From an uncultured Methanolobus sp. (GTDB lineage: Archaea > Halobacteriota > Methanosarcinia > Methanosarcinales > Methanosarcinaceae): DNA of 64,000 bases. Shown one piece after another: positions 1 through 9,079 of the stretch (position 1 is the stretch's first letter; the number at the start of each line of letters is the position of its first letter). The stretch covers positions 1,600,001-1,664,000 of the forward strand of contig OY776215.1 of NCBI GenBank assembly GCA_963675495.1, in the 5' to 3' direction. The notes beneath the pieces were generated by a model that saw only the letters and a program-made list of their open reading frames with translations, did no database searches and was not told the origin of the DNA. Both the position numbers and the translations under genes were made by a program.

Positions 1-1089
1 TGTTGCAGGTGTTTGTTTAACAATAAACCCATCATCTTCCGTATAACCTTCCACGGTGATCCCAATTCCAAGAGAGACCATTTCCTCTTTAGCTTCCTTA
101 TTGGTCATTCCAAGCAACATTATTGGCTCAGGAATCGAGTCTATCATTATTTTCTGACCATTCTGTGCCATTCTTACAAATTCGATGCCCTTGGTAACAT
201 GACCGATTACAGAGTGCATAATAGAGGATGTGCGATCATCTGTGGAAATGTACAGCTTTCCTGCACCATATCCCACAGTCCTCACAAAAACAGACCCAGT
301 TGACCGGGATTCGAAATTCTCGTAAGTCACCAGCTCACCCTGGAACCGATGATCGGATATAAAGGAACTTGATACAAAATCTATGTTGAAAGTACCATCC
401 CTGGTTACAGCAAAAAAGAACTCTGCACCCTCAGGTGCCAAGGGGTCGATCTCAATTTCAACATATGTGAATATTTTAGAGCCACTCTCCAATTTAACCG
501 AAAGGTCCGTGGTGCTGATGTGTTCACCTGCTTTCTCCCATTCGACAACAGGTTCTATTGACAATATTCTGTCGCCCTTGTTAAGGTCAGAAAGAACGTG
601 TTTTCCGCTTATAAGTCTAGCAAATATACCATCCGCAGGAGCACCATATTCTGATGAGTGTTTGGTCTTGCTAATAATGATATGAGTATTTGCGGCATCG
701 CCGCCACCTGCACCGAAAAGCAAAGTGAACCGCTCCATATCAGTACTACCACGGACAGGTTCCATGTCCGTACTAAATGGCCCAAATGCCAGAGCATCTT
801 TGCTCGTCCAGCGAACAGGTATGTCAATAAAATCGTTAAAAATAGACACCCATCTTTTAGAAGAAAGAGAGGAAGTATCCTGAAGTTCTATCTTGAACTC
901 CCCTTTGGATGTCTTCACAAGGTATTCAACAGAAATCTGTGACTTCAGGTCCTCTTTTTCAATAAGTATCCCAACTGCCGTCCCTTTCTTATATGGTGCG
1001 TTTGACACCTTGATGGCGTCTTCAAGATTTGAACTTTCTGGTAATTTTATTTCCTGTCCGTTGATCTCTACCGTTATTTCGCCACTCGT
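1..1089 (-). CDS. Methanogenesis marker 3 protein (Mmp3, MCR activation complex component), 3' end outside window; putative ACG start
   Basis: Not in ORF track because no stop lies in the window. Manual translation of both ends of the minus frame gives (T/M)SGEITVEINGQEIKLPESSNLEDAIKVSNAPYKKGTAVGILI...EYLVKTSKGEFKIEL and ...ITVEGYTEDDGFIVKQTPAT at the window edge. Lies directly downstream of atwA with SD GGAGGAG. Confidence 0.85.
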
Positions 1090-1119
1090 GCCAAACTCCT
1101 CCGTAATTTATTCAATATG

Positions 1120-2739
1120 TTATGGTTCTGGTGCAGCTGCTTCCATACGTTCTTCTTCAGTAAGTTCTGCAAGGACAACATCAGGCTTCCCTACATTAAC
1201 GATCTTACCATTTCTCATTAGAGCTACACGATCACATACCTCTTCCAGGAAGTCCATATCATGTGAAACGATGACAAAAGTGTCACCCATCTTGTCACGT
1301 GCTTCCAGAATTGATTTTGTGACCTCTTTCTTTGTGAACGGGTCCATTGTCCCCGTCGGTTCATCCATAATAATGATCTTTGGCTCCTTCATCAATATCT
1401 GAGCCAAGGCAACCCTGTGACTTTCACCTTCACTAATCTCATTTGACATCTTTGATAATATAGATTTTGCCTTTTCATCTGTGAATCCGGTTGCTACCAG
1501 AGTATTGATCGCCTTTCTTACAGCAAGTTCGTAAGGAAGATCAATACCTATTGATTCTGTGAGATTGTCAATTATCGTCCTGTGAGTGTAAAGGCCATAT
1601 TCCTGATGCAGTATACCCATGTACTTAACTGCACGTCCCCTGCATTCAGGACCTGGTTTTTTCATGTCGACCCACTCATCTCCGACACGTACCTGTATCT
1701 CACCACTTGTAGGCTGTACAATACCCATGAGGACTTCAGATGTAGTGGTCTTTCCTGCACCACTGGTACCTGCAAGGCCGAATATTTCCCCCTCTTTTAC
1801 ATCAAATGAGACATCATTCACAGCGTAAACAACACCTCTGGTCACTGATATATATTTCTTGACAAGATTATCGATCTTGATAAGTGGATCACCAACAACT
1901 ACGTCACATTTCTTTTCTACAGAACAGACAAGTTGCATGAATTCTTTTGCGACCTCTGAAGGAGAACCTTCCTTTACAATTGCCCCATCCTCAAGAATAA
2001 TAGCCTTATCAGCCAGATCCTCTACGACCTCTGACCAGTGTGAAGTAATGACCATTGTCATATTGTATTCTTTGACGGCTTTTGCAATCACATCATGCAC
2101 TACATCTGCGGTCTTAGGATCAAGGGTGCCTGTTGGCTCATCAGCAATAAGAAGCATTGGGTCTCTTACAAGTTGGCGGGCAAGTACCACTCTCTGTTTC
2201 TCACCACCGCTTAGGTCACGTGCCACATGCATCATGCGATGTGAAAGCTGCACCTTTTCCAGAAGTTCTACAGCACGAGACATCGCGGTTTCACTATTGA
2301 CACCTATTTCCGTGAGAGAGTTTATGACATTTACAATAACCTTGTCATCACCATAAAGTGCAAAGGTACGCTGAAGCATAATAGCGATTCTTTTGGTTAT
2401 ATCACGTCTTCCAGAATCATGGAGTGAAAGTTTTATGAAATCTGCTTCAAAAGGCTTGAGAGTATCCTTTCCACAGTCAGGACATTCGTTTCCAACCTTG
2501 CTCGGTGGTTCGATATATCCACATTTTTCACATCTTGCGAGATGGTAGATTACCTCTCCACTGATACCTTCATATTCTTCAGCACCACGCAGGACATGCA
2601 TCAATACTGTTTTCCCTGAGCCACTTCTTCCAAGAATTCCAAGAACTTCTCCTTCATTAATGGTCAGATTTATATTTTTGAGAACTTTAACACCATCAAA
2701 TTCAAGTGTCAGATTTTTGACTTCAATGAGTAATGCCAT
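1120..2739 (-). CDS. atwA: Methyl-coenzyme M reductase system component A2 (double ABC ATPase)
   Basis: Two Walker A motifs (GRSGSGKT, GTSGAGKT), CEKC...CPDC Zn insert, LSGGEKQRV, DEPTGTLD, no TM segments; adjacent to marker 3; SD GGAGGT. Confidence 0.95.
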   Translation of the reverse strand: MALLIEVKNLTLEFDGVKVLKNINLTINEGEVLGILGRSGSGKTVLMHVLRGAEEYEGISGEVIYHLARCEKCGYIEPPSKVGNECPDCGKDTLKPFEADFIKLSLHDSGRRDITKRIAIMLQRTFALYGDDKVIVNVINSLTEIGVNSETAMSRAVELLEKVQLSHRMMHVARDLSGGEKQRVVLARQLVRDPMLLIADEPTGTLDPKTADVVHDVIAKAVKEYNMTMVITSHWSEVVEDLADKAIILEDGAIVKEGSPSEVAKEFMQLVCSVEKKCDVVVGDPLIKIDNLVKKYISVTRGVVYAVNDVSFDVKEGEIFGLAGTSGAGKTTTSEVLMGIVQPTSGEIQVRVGDEWVDMKKPGPECRGRAVKYMGILHQEYGLYTHRTIIDNLTESIGIDLPYELAVRKAINTLVATGFTDEKAKSILSKMSNEISEGESHRVALAQILMKEPKIIIMDEPTGTMDPFTKKEVTKSILEARDKMGDTFVIVSHDMDFLEEVCDRVALMRNGKIVNVGKPDVVLAELTEEERMEAAAPEP

Positions 2740-2788
2740 TTAATTACCTCCGCCCAGGGGTGCATAGGAGTCCTGTTACACTAATACT

Positions 2789-2800
2789 GATATGCATATC
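2789..2800. promoter_or_regulatory. Perfect 12-bp palindrome GATATGCATATC upstream of atwA, candidate operator
   Basis: Palindrome read directly, 50 bp upstream of the atwA start; function inferred. Confidence 0.25.
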
Positions 2801-2988
2801 TACTCAAATTACTTAACGGTTTTGTAGATTGCATACAAAACTAGATCAATTGAAACCCATACAGACCTGTAACAAGTTTTTAGCGATATTTTTTAAAGAA
2901 TTACTGTTGGATTATTGAACTCAATACATAAACATAACGCATCTATTTTGCACTGTTAACTTCTAAAAACCTGAAACAGATATTGATT

Positions 2989-3807
2989 TTATAATGTTAC
3001 ATTGCCACCCATGTTTTTTACAATGTCTACTACATCGATTATATTGCCTATGATAATATCCGCTGCATCCACAAGGACCTGCGGCCTTTCGTCTCCTTGT
3101 TGAAATGAGAGAATACCCACATCAGCTGCCTTTAAAGCAAGAATATCGTTCATTCCGTCCCCCACCATAACTACAAAATCATAGTCCATCTTAAGATTTT
3201 CAACAATTGTTTCTTTGTCGTACGTTGTGGCAACTGCAAAAACATCCCTCATGGGAATATCCAGAGATGAGGCAACCCCTTTGAGGTTCTGCGCATCGTC
3301 CCCCGAAGCGATGTAAATATCAGTTCCAAGTTCTTTTAATAGTTTGACTGCTACAGAAGTTTTGGAATACATCTGTCCACCTGTACTCAGAACATAAGGC
3401 ACCAGGTTTTCCTGAGAATCCACAACAAGCCCTGCTGCAATATAAAATACATTTGGACAACGACCTTTTACAAGAGAGACCACATCATTAAGGTCACTTA
3501 CCTTTGTTTGGTTCTCCTTTATTATACCGTAGACATCATCCAGCCTGAAAGGACTGCTTGAGCAACTTATGCCAAGGTCGATATCATATTTGTCAATAAA
3601 ATCATGCAGCCCCATATCGGGATCGCACCGTCTGATATCATCAAAACATGCGCGTATGACGACAAGTGCCTGGTTGGCCTTCTCAGCCACAAGAAGTGTG
3701 GTCTGTATATCCTCAAGAATAGAACCGGTACTCATTTCCTTTGCGACACGATACATATGCAACAGTGTCCCGGCACTGTCAAAGACAACAGCAACACGTT
3801 TTTCCAT
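2989..3807 (-). CDS. HAD-superfamily hydrolase (soluble P-type ATPase-like phosphatase)
   Basis: VVFDSAGT motif I, IASGD, MVGDGMNDILAL motif. Confidence 0.85.
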   Translation of the reverse strand: MEKRVAVVFDSAGTLLHMYRVAKEMSTGSILEDIQTTLLVAEKANQALVVIRACFDDIRRCDPDMGLHDFIDKYDIDLGISCSSSPFRLDDVYGIIKENQTKVSDLNDVVSLVKGRCPNVFYIAAGLVVDSQENLVPYVLSTGGQMYSKTSVAVKLLKELGTDIYIASGDDAQNLKGVASSLDIPMRDVFAVATTYDKETIVENLKMDYDFVVMVGDGMNDILALKAADVGILSFQQGDERPQVLVDAADIIIGNIIDVVDIVKNMGGNVTL

Positions 3808-3918
3808 AGATTCTGATTGTACTTATTAAATATACGTTTGCCTATAGACTCCCAGATAATGCAGCAAAAGTGCCAAATGACTAATATGCAAGCAACAACA
3901 ATTTTCAGCATAACTGCC

Positions 3919-4635
3919 ATGACAAAGATGAAACGGATAATAATTGTCCTGATAATATTTATTGCACTGGCCTTTCTCTCAGAGAGCTTTAACGATACGG
4001 ACACAGAGATATTGATTATGAACCCGCAACCCTGGGATCACAGTCCGATCACCGTTTATATTGACGACAACGAGGTTCCTGAGCATTACAGCCCGAGTTA
4101 CAGGACGGATGTAGAGAAGGCATTAGAATACTGGGAAAACGGTGGGAACGGACAGCTGGAGTACCAGCCTGTTTTTGAGATTGTTGATGTTGACAATGCA
4201 GACATACTGATAATGTGGGTAGAGAACCTTGAGAAAGATGCAGGGGTGGAGAATGGTGTTGCCGGGTTTACAAGACCATACGTAATGAATGGCAAGTTTG
4301 AGCGTGCTGATATCGTACTGGAAACCGGAAATTACAAAGGATATTCATGGGCGCAATACGGAGACAGCACCATGGAAGGCATAGCAACACATGAACTGGG
4401 CCACGCACTTGGACTTGGGCACAGTAATGATAGAAATGATATTATGTTCCCTACCTATGACATCAAGCAGGATGTGAACCCTCTGCTACTCCATTCTACA
4501 TGGCCTCTGCTTCTGCTGATGATAATCATCGCCGTTCTTGTAGTATCATATCACGGAACCGGATGGCTTCACTACAAGAAAAAGAGAAAGGAGCTTGAAA
4601 AGGAAGTTTTCACCAATGAGGAAAATGAGAGATAA
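3919..4635 (+). CDS. Matrixin-family (M10) zinc metalloprotease, membrane anchored
   Basis: [12 protein letters not shown] zinc motif followed by Met-turn (DIMFP); N- and C-terminal hydrophobic helices; start adjusted to downstream ATG (3919 or 3928). Confidence 0.85.
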   Translation: MTKMKRIIIVLIIFIALAFLSESFNDTDTEILIMNPQPWDHSPITVYIDDNEVPEHYSPSYRTDVEKALEYWENGGNGQLEYQPVFEIVDVDNADILIMWVENLEKDAGVENGVAGFTRPYVMNGKFERADIVLETGNYKGYSWAQYGDSTMEGIATHELGHALGLGHSNDRNDIMFPTYDIKQDVNPLLLHSTWPLLLLMIIIAVLVVSYHGTGWLHYKKKRKELEKEVFTNEENER

Positions 4636-4996
4636 AACTGTATTCCAGGCAATATTGAGGTATTTTGGTGGCGAAAATATCGACTTCTCAGATTATGAGC
4701 TGGACCTCTGCGAACTTACGGAATTCCAGCGCAAGGTCCTGGAGGAAGTAAGAAAGATACCTTATGGCGAAACAGTAACCTATCAGGAACTAGCCTGCAG
4801 AATCGGAAACGAAGGCGCTGCCAGGGCTGTTGGCGGTGCAGTTGCCAAAAACCCATATCCTATAATCATACCATGTCACCGTGTAGTATCATCTTCAGGA
4901 ATCGGTGGTTTTTGTGGAGATACCTGCGGCGAAAAGGTAGAACTGAAGAAGAAGATGCTGAAGATGGAAGCGGACTATAAAGAAAAAGAGAGTTAA
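4616..4996 (+). CDS. ogt: Methylated-DNA--protein-cysteine S-methyltransferase (MGMT family)
   Basis: [16 protein letters not shown] and active-site PCHRV motifs. Confidence 0.9.
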   Translation: MRKMRDKTVFQAILRYFGGENIDFSDYELDLCELTEFQRKVLEEVRKIPYGETVTYQELACRIGNEGAARAVGGAVAKNPYPIIIPCHRVVSSSGIGGFCGDTCGEKVELKKKMLKMEADYKEKES

Positions 4997-5025
4997 TATT
5001 AAGGTAGAGAAGAAAATAGCTTCAG

Positions 5026-6744
5026 GTGAAGAATATGTTTGGATGGACAGGAAGGACAGTAATCGTAGACCTGGGGGATAGCTCGGTCACAGAAACGAAG
5101 ACGAAGAAATCGTATGCGGAACAGTTCATCGGTGGACGGGGACTTGGATGCAGGCTGATGGAAGAATTTGCAGATGCTGAACATGACCCTTTTAGCCCAG
5201 ATAATCCCCTTATTTTCACTACCGGACCACTTACAGGGACTTCGACTCCCATGTCTGGACATTTCACTGTTACATGCAAATCTCCCCTTACATCCACAAT
5301 CTTCAGCTCCAATGCAGGAGGGCACTTTGGCGCCGAGCTAAAGTTTGCAGGTATCGATGCCCTTGTAATAAAAGGAAAAGCTGAAAGGCCTGTTTATCTC
5401 AATATTTATGATGAGGAAGTTGAAATACTACCTGCCGAGCACCTCTGGGGAAAGAATACCGCAGAGACCACTGCATTGCTTGAAATGAAAGGTAAGGTTG
5501 CATGCATCGGAAAAGCAGGAGAGAAACTTGTCAGCATGTCAAATATCATCAATGACCGCATGTACTCCAGTGGACGTGGCGGGCATGGCGCCGTAGCAGG
5601 CTCAAAAAACCTCAAGGCAATAGTTGTAAAAGGAACCAACGTTGTCCAGATAGCAGAGCCTGAAGCCTTTGAAGAAGCTGTTGAAAAGACGAATAGATTA
5701 CTTGTGGCAAATCCACCAGCTTCCAAAGGACTTCAAAAATATGGAAGCTCCGCATTTACTGATCTTTTTGACTACATGGGAGTTCTTCCAACACACAATT
5801 TCGGAGAAAAAAAGTTCTCCGGGGCAGAGAAACTCTCAGGCGAGCTCATCAACAAAAACTACAAAATACGTCAAGCACCCTGTTATGCATGTCCTGTGGG
5901 ATGCAGGAGAACTTCAGAGGATGGGCGACCGGTCCCAGATTATGATTCCATCTGGGCTTTCGGACCGAATATCGGTAACGATGATATGGAACTTATAAGA
6001 GAAATGGACAGCCTCTGTTTTGATTACGGACTGGACCCGATTTCCTGTGGTGCATCAATTGCAGCATACATGGAAGTAAATCTATGGATGAAAATGGATG
6101 AAGTGAAAGGCCTCATACTGGAAATAGGAAATGGAAGACATGATGTATGCAAGGGCTCACAAGCATATCTGTGTTCTGTGGAAAAAGAGGAATACAGCAC
6201 CTCAGTCAAAGGACTTGAACTTCCAGGATATGACCCCAGGGAAATGGCAGGCATGGCCATAGCCTATGCGACATCCAACACCGGAGGATCTCATCTTAGC
6301 GCTTTTATGGCAGCTCCCGAGATAATGGGAAAAACTGTGTTGCTTGACAGAAATTCATTTAACGGTAAAGCAGCTCTTGTGCAGCATTTCCAGAACCTCA
6401 CTGCGGCAATTGACTCACTGGTTATGTGTCCTTTCTCCATGCTTGCAATTGGAGAGGTTGAACTTGCTACACTGCTCAGTCATGCTACCGGAAAAGAATA
6501 TTCTGCAGAGGAAATGCTACTTGTTGGAGAGAGAATCTACAACCTTGAAAGACTGTTCAATTTAAAGGCAGGATTTTCCGCAAAGGATGACATCCTTCCT
6601 GAAAGGTTCTTTGCAAAGGACGGAATAGATCGGGAAGAATTTGAAGAATCAATCTCAGATTACTATCACTTCAGAGAATGGGATGATGCTGGCATACCGG
6701 AAGAGGAAAAACTGAGCGAACTTAACATTGTCAGAGGCAGATGA
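5026..6744 (+). CDS. Aldehyde:ferredoxin oxidoreductase family (W/Mo-pterin) protein
   Basis: IGGRGLG, KSPLT, GRGGHGAVAGSKNLKAI, CYACPVGC 4Fe-4S motif, VKGLELPGYDPR, LERLFN. Confidence 0.92.
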   Translation: MKNMFGWTGRTVIVDLGDSSVTETKTKKSYAEQFIGGRGLGCRLMEEFADAEHDPFSPDNPLIFTTGPLTGTSTPMSGHFTVTCKSPLTSTIFSSNAGGHFGAELKFAGIDALVIKGKAERPVYLNIYDEEVEILPAEHLWGKNTAETTALLEMKGKVACIGKAGEKLVSMSNIINDRMYSSGRGGHGAVAGSKNLKAIVVKGTNVVQIAEPEAFEEAVEKTNRLLVANPPASKGLQKYGSSAFTDLFDYMGVLPTHNFGEKKFSGAEKLSGELINKNYKIRQAPCYACPVGCRRTSEDGRPVPDYDSIWAFGPNIGNDDMELIREMDSLCFDYGLDPISCGASIAAYMEVNLWMKMDEVKGLILEIGNGRHDVCKGSQAYLCSVEKEEYSTSVKGLELPGYDPREMAGMAIAYATSNTGGSHLSAFMAAPEIMGKTVLLDRNSFNGKAALVQHFQNLTAAIDSLVMCPFSMLAIGEVELATLLSHATGKEYSAEEMLLVGERIYNLERLFNLKAGFSAKDDILPERFFAKDGIDREEFEESISDYYHFREWDDAGIPEEEKLSELNIVRGR

Positions 6745-6901
6745 CAAAAAAGAACAAAATAGGTTCATCTTTTTTACGTATTTGCCATTATTTCCCCCAA
6801 TTTATGCAGAATCAAAGGTTAAGTTCATATATAGCATTAAGAATTATACCAATATACCGTTTAAGCTCATAAATTATTATTACAATTATGGAGGATCTTA
6901 A

Positions 6902-7285
6902 GTGAAAGTACAAGTTGAAGTTAAAGAACTTAAAGAGGGCAAGTACGTCATCGTTGACGATGAACCCTGTGTCATCAAAAGCATTACCAAGTCAAAGCCA
7001 GGAAAACACGGTTCAGCAAAAGCAAGAATCGATGTCATCGGACTTTTTGACAAACAAAAGAGATCAATTATTGGTCCTGTTTCCGATAAGACCTACGTTC
7101 CAATAGTAGAGAGAAAGAACGCACAGGTACTTTCCATTGCAGGTGATGTTGCACAACTCATGGACATGGGCGACTTCTCAACATTTGAGATGACAATCCC
7201 TGATGAGTATAAGGAAAGGATCCTTGAGGGTGAAGAAGTTTCTTACCTGACCGCAATGGGCAAAATGAAGTTCGATCTGAGATAA
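6902..7285 (+). CDS. eif5a: Translation factor aIF5A/eIF5A
   Basis: Hypusination motif SKPGKHGSAK; GTG start with SD GGAGG. Confidence 0.97.
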   Translation: MKVQVEVKELKEGKYVIVDDEPCVIKSITKSKPGKHGSAKARIDVIGLFDKQKRSIIGPVSDKTYVPIVERKNAQVLSIAGDVAQLMDMGDFSTFEMTIPDEYKERILEGEEVSYLTAMGKMKFDLR

Positions 7286-7328
7286 TTATATCTCTGATCC
7301 TTTTTTCTTCTTTTCAATTATTACAGTC

Positions 7329-8198
7329 ATGTTCTACAAACCTGATATGATGGATGCCCTGTCAGATTATGATTCTGCAAGGTATGTGATATTTGGTGTT
7401 CCTTTTGATGCTACTTCTTCATACAGGTCAGGAAGCCGCTGGGCTCCAGATGCCATGAGAAAAGCTTCGGCGAATTTTGAAACCTATAACGATCATTTTG
7501 ACATTGATTTTGATGACCTGTTCATACATGATGCAGGAAATCTTGAGCCTTATTCATCCGTTGATGAGACACTCGAAGAACTCTACTTTGCTGTTAAGCC
7601 AATTGCAAAGGACAAAAAAATACCCATCATGCTTGGTGGCGAGCATTCACTTACATATCCATGCGTGAAGGCATGCGCAGAGGAAGCCGGAGAAGATATC
7701 GGTTTTGTTGTAATGGATGCACACTTCGACCTTAGGGAAGAGTACGGAGGCATCAAAAACAGCCACGCATGCGTTTCCAGACATGTACTGGATGATATCA
7801 CAGACACTTATGTAACAATAGGAGTTCGCAGCGGACCAAAGGAAGAATGGGTATTTGCAAAAGAGAACGGTATCAAATACTATACTTCAGATGATGTAAG
7901 GGAAATGGGAATAAAACAGGTCATTTCTGAGGTTAAAGAATATCTCGGATGCAAAAAGATCTATCTTTCCCTTGACATGGATGCCCTTGACCCTGCATAC
8001 GCGCCTGGTCTTGGAACTCCGGAACCGTTCGGACTCACTGACATCGATGTACGAGAGATAATACGTGCATTCGCACCTGCATCTATTGGTTTTGATGTTG
8101 TTGAGATAGCCCCTGAATACGATAACGGGATAAGCGCACTGCTTGGAACGAAACTTCTCAGGGAATTCATTGCAGCACATGCTGCAAGTGAGAGATAG
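7329..8198 (+). CDS. speB: Agmatinase (ureohydrolase family)
   Basis: GGEHS, DAHFDLR, SHAC, SLDMDALDPAYAPGLGTPEPFG motifs. Confidence 0.93.
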   Translation: MFYKPDMMDALSDYDSARYVIFGVPFDATSSYRSGSRWAPDAMRKASANFETYNDHFDIDFDDLFIHDAGNLEPYSSVDETLEELYFAVKPIAKDKKIPIMLGGEHSLTYPCVKACAEEAGEDIGFVVMDAHFDLREEYGGIKNSHACVSRHVLDDITDTYVTIGVRSGPKEEWVFAKENGIKYYTSDDVREMGIKQVISEVKEYLGCKKIYLSLDMDALDPAYAPGLGTPEPFGLTDIDVREIIRAFAPASIGFDVVEIAPEYDNGISALLGTKLLREFIAAHAASER

Positions 8199-8225
8199 AA
8201 GTAAAAACATCTTACATGCGTTTGA

Positions 8226-8756
8226 TCATTTACTCTTTTTAGATTCCATTTCCCACATTTCAATGAAATTATCAAGCAGTTTGTCAAAGAAACTGGCTTT
8301 ATATGTAATGATAAGCTCCGCAACTTTTTCAGTATCGACCACTTCAAAATGACTTTCCCTGCCACAAACGGTTTTCTGTACAATACCAGCAGCTACCAGT
8401 TTGTTAAGGTGCCACGAAACCGTGGAAGGAGAAAGCCCGATAACTGAAGATAGGTCCTTATTGTTCATGCCAGGTGCCTCCATAATGGTCACCAGAATAT
8501 GGCTGCAAGCTTTTTTCCTCAAAAAAGACATGACTTTCCGGCCCTCACTATCCAGTTCTTTGTTTTTGACAAAATAACGTACAAATTGTTCATCTTTATG
8601 TGCTGAGATAAGGTTTTTCTTTTCCATGTAATGAAGATGATACTGCAGATTTCCAACTGCCATATCAAGATTTCTTTCAAGCTCACGCATATGAATTCCA
8701 GGCGAACTCTGGATAGTTTCGAATATCCTTTTTCGGGTCTCGAGCTCAAATTCCAT
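8226..8756 (-). CDS. Winged helix-turn-helix regulator with two tandem HTH domains (ArsR/MarR-like)
   Basis: PGIHMRELER...GNLQYHL and PGMNNKDLS...STVSWHLNKL HTH signatures. Confidence 0.85.
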   Translation of the reverse strand: MEFELETRKRIFETIQSSPGIHMRELERNLDMAVGNLQYHLHYMEKKNLISAHKDEQFVRYFVKNKELDSEGRKVMSFLRKKACSHILVTIMEAPGMNNKDLSSVIGLSPSTVSWHLNKLVAAGIVQKTVCGRESHFEVVDTEKVAELIITYKASFFDKLLDNFIEMWEMESKKSK

Positions 8757-8757
8757 T

Positions 8758-9027
8758 TCAACCCTGCTCTTTTGTCAGAATGGCAAAGAAGAACAACAGC
8801 AATACAATAAAATTCAGAATACTGCTCCAGATCTCAAAACTATCCCCCATTGACGGGAAAAATGACTCAGTTGAGTCCAGGAACCCCATTAGAAAATAAG
8901 CGAAAAATGCCGCAGCAACCATCAGCAATTTCCTTCTTCTTTCTCTCAGGTATGCAGCAAAAGATATTGAGAAGAGCGTCACTGCCAATATGCTTGATAG
9001 TAAAACTATCAAATTGTCAATTTCCAT
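8758..9027 (-). CDS. Small three-TM membrane protein, unknown function
   Basis: Three hydrophobic segments with RERRRK loop; SD GGAGGTG; stops 1 bp before the wHTH start. Confidence 0.75.
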   Translation of the reverse strand: MEIDNLIVLLSSILAVTLFSISFAAYLRERRRKLLMVAAAFFAYFLMGFLDSTESFFPSMGDSFEIWSSILNFIVLLLFFFAILTKEQG

Positions 9028-9079
9028 ATAAGAATGTCACCTCCACATAAAATTAAAAAGAAAGACAATTGTCTTCCTT

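Noticed and set aside
13-1402. Plus-strand ORFs 13-303, 383-685, 658-942 and 893-1402
   Set aside because: Antisense shadows of mmp3 and atwA
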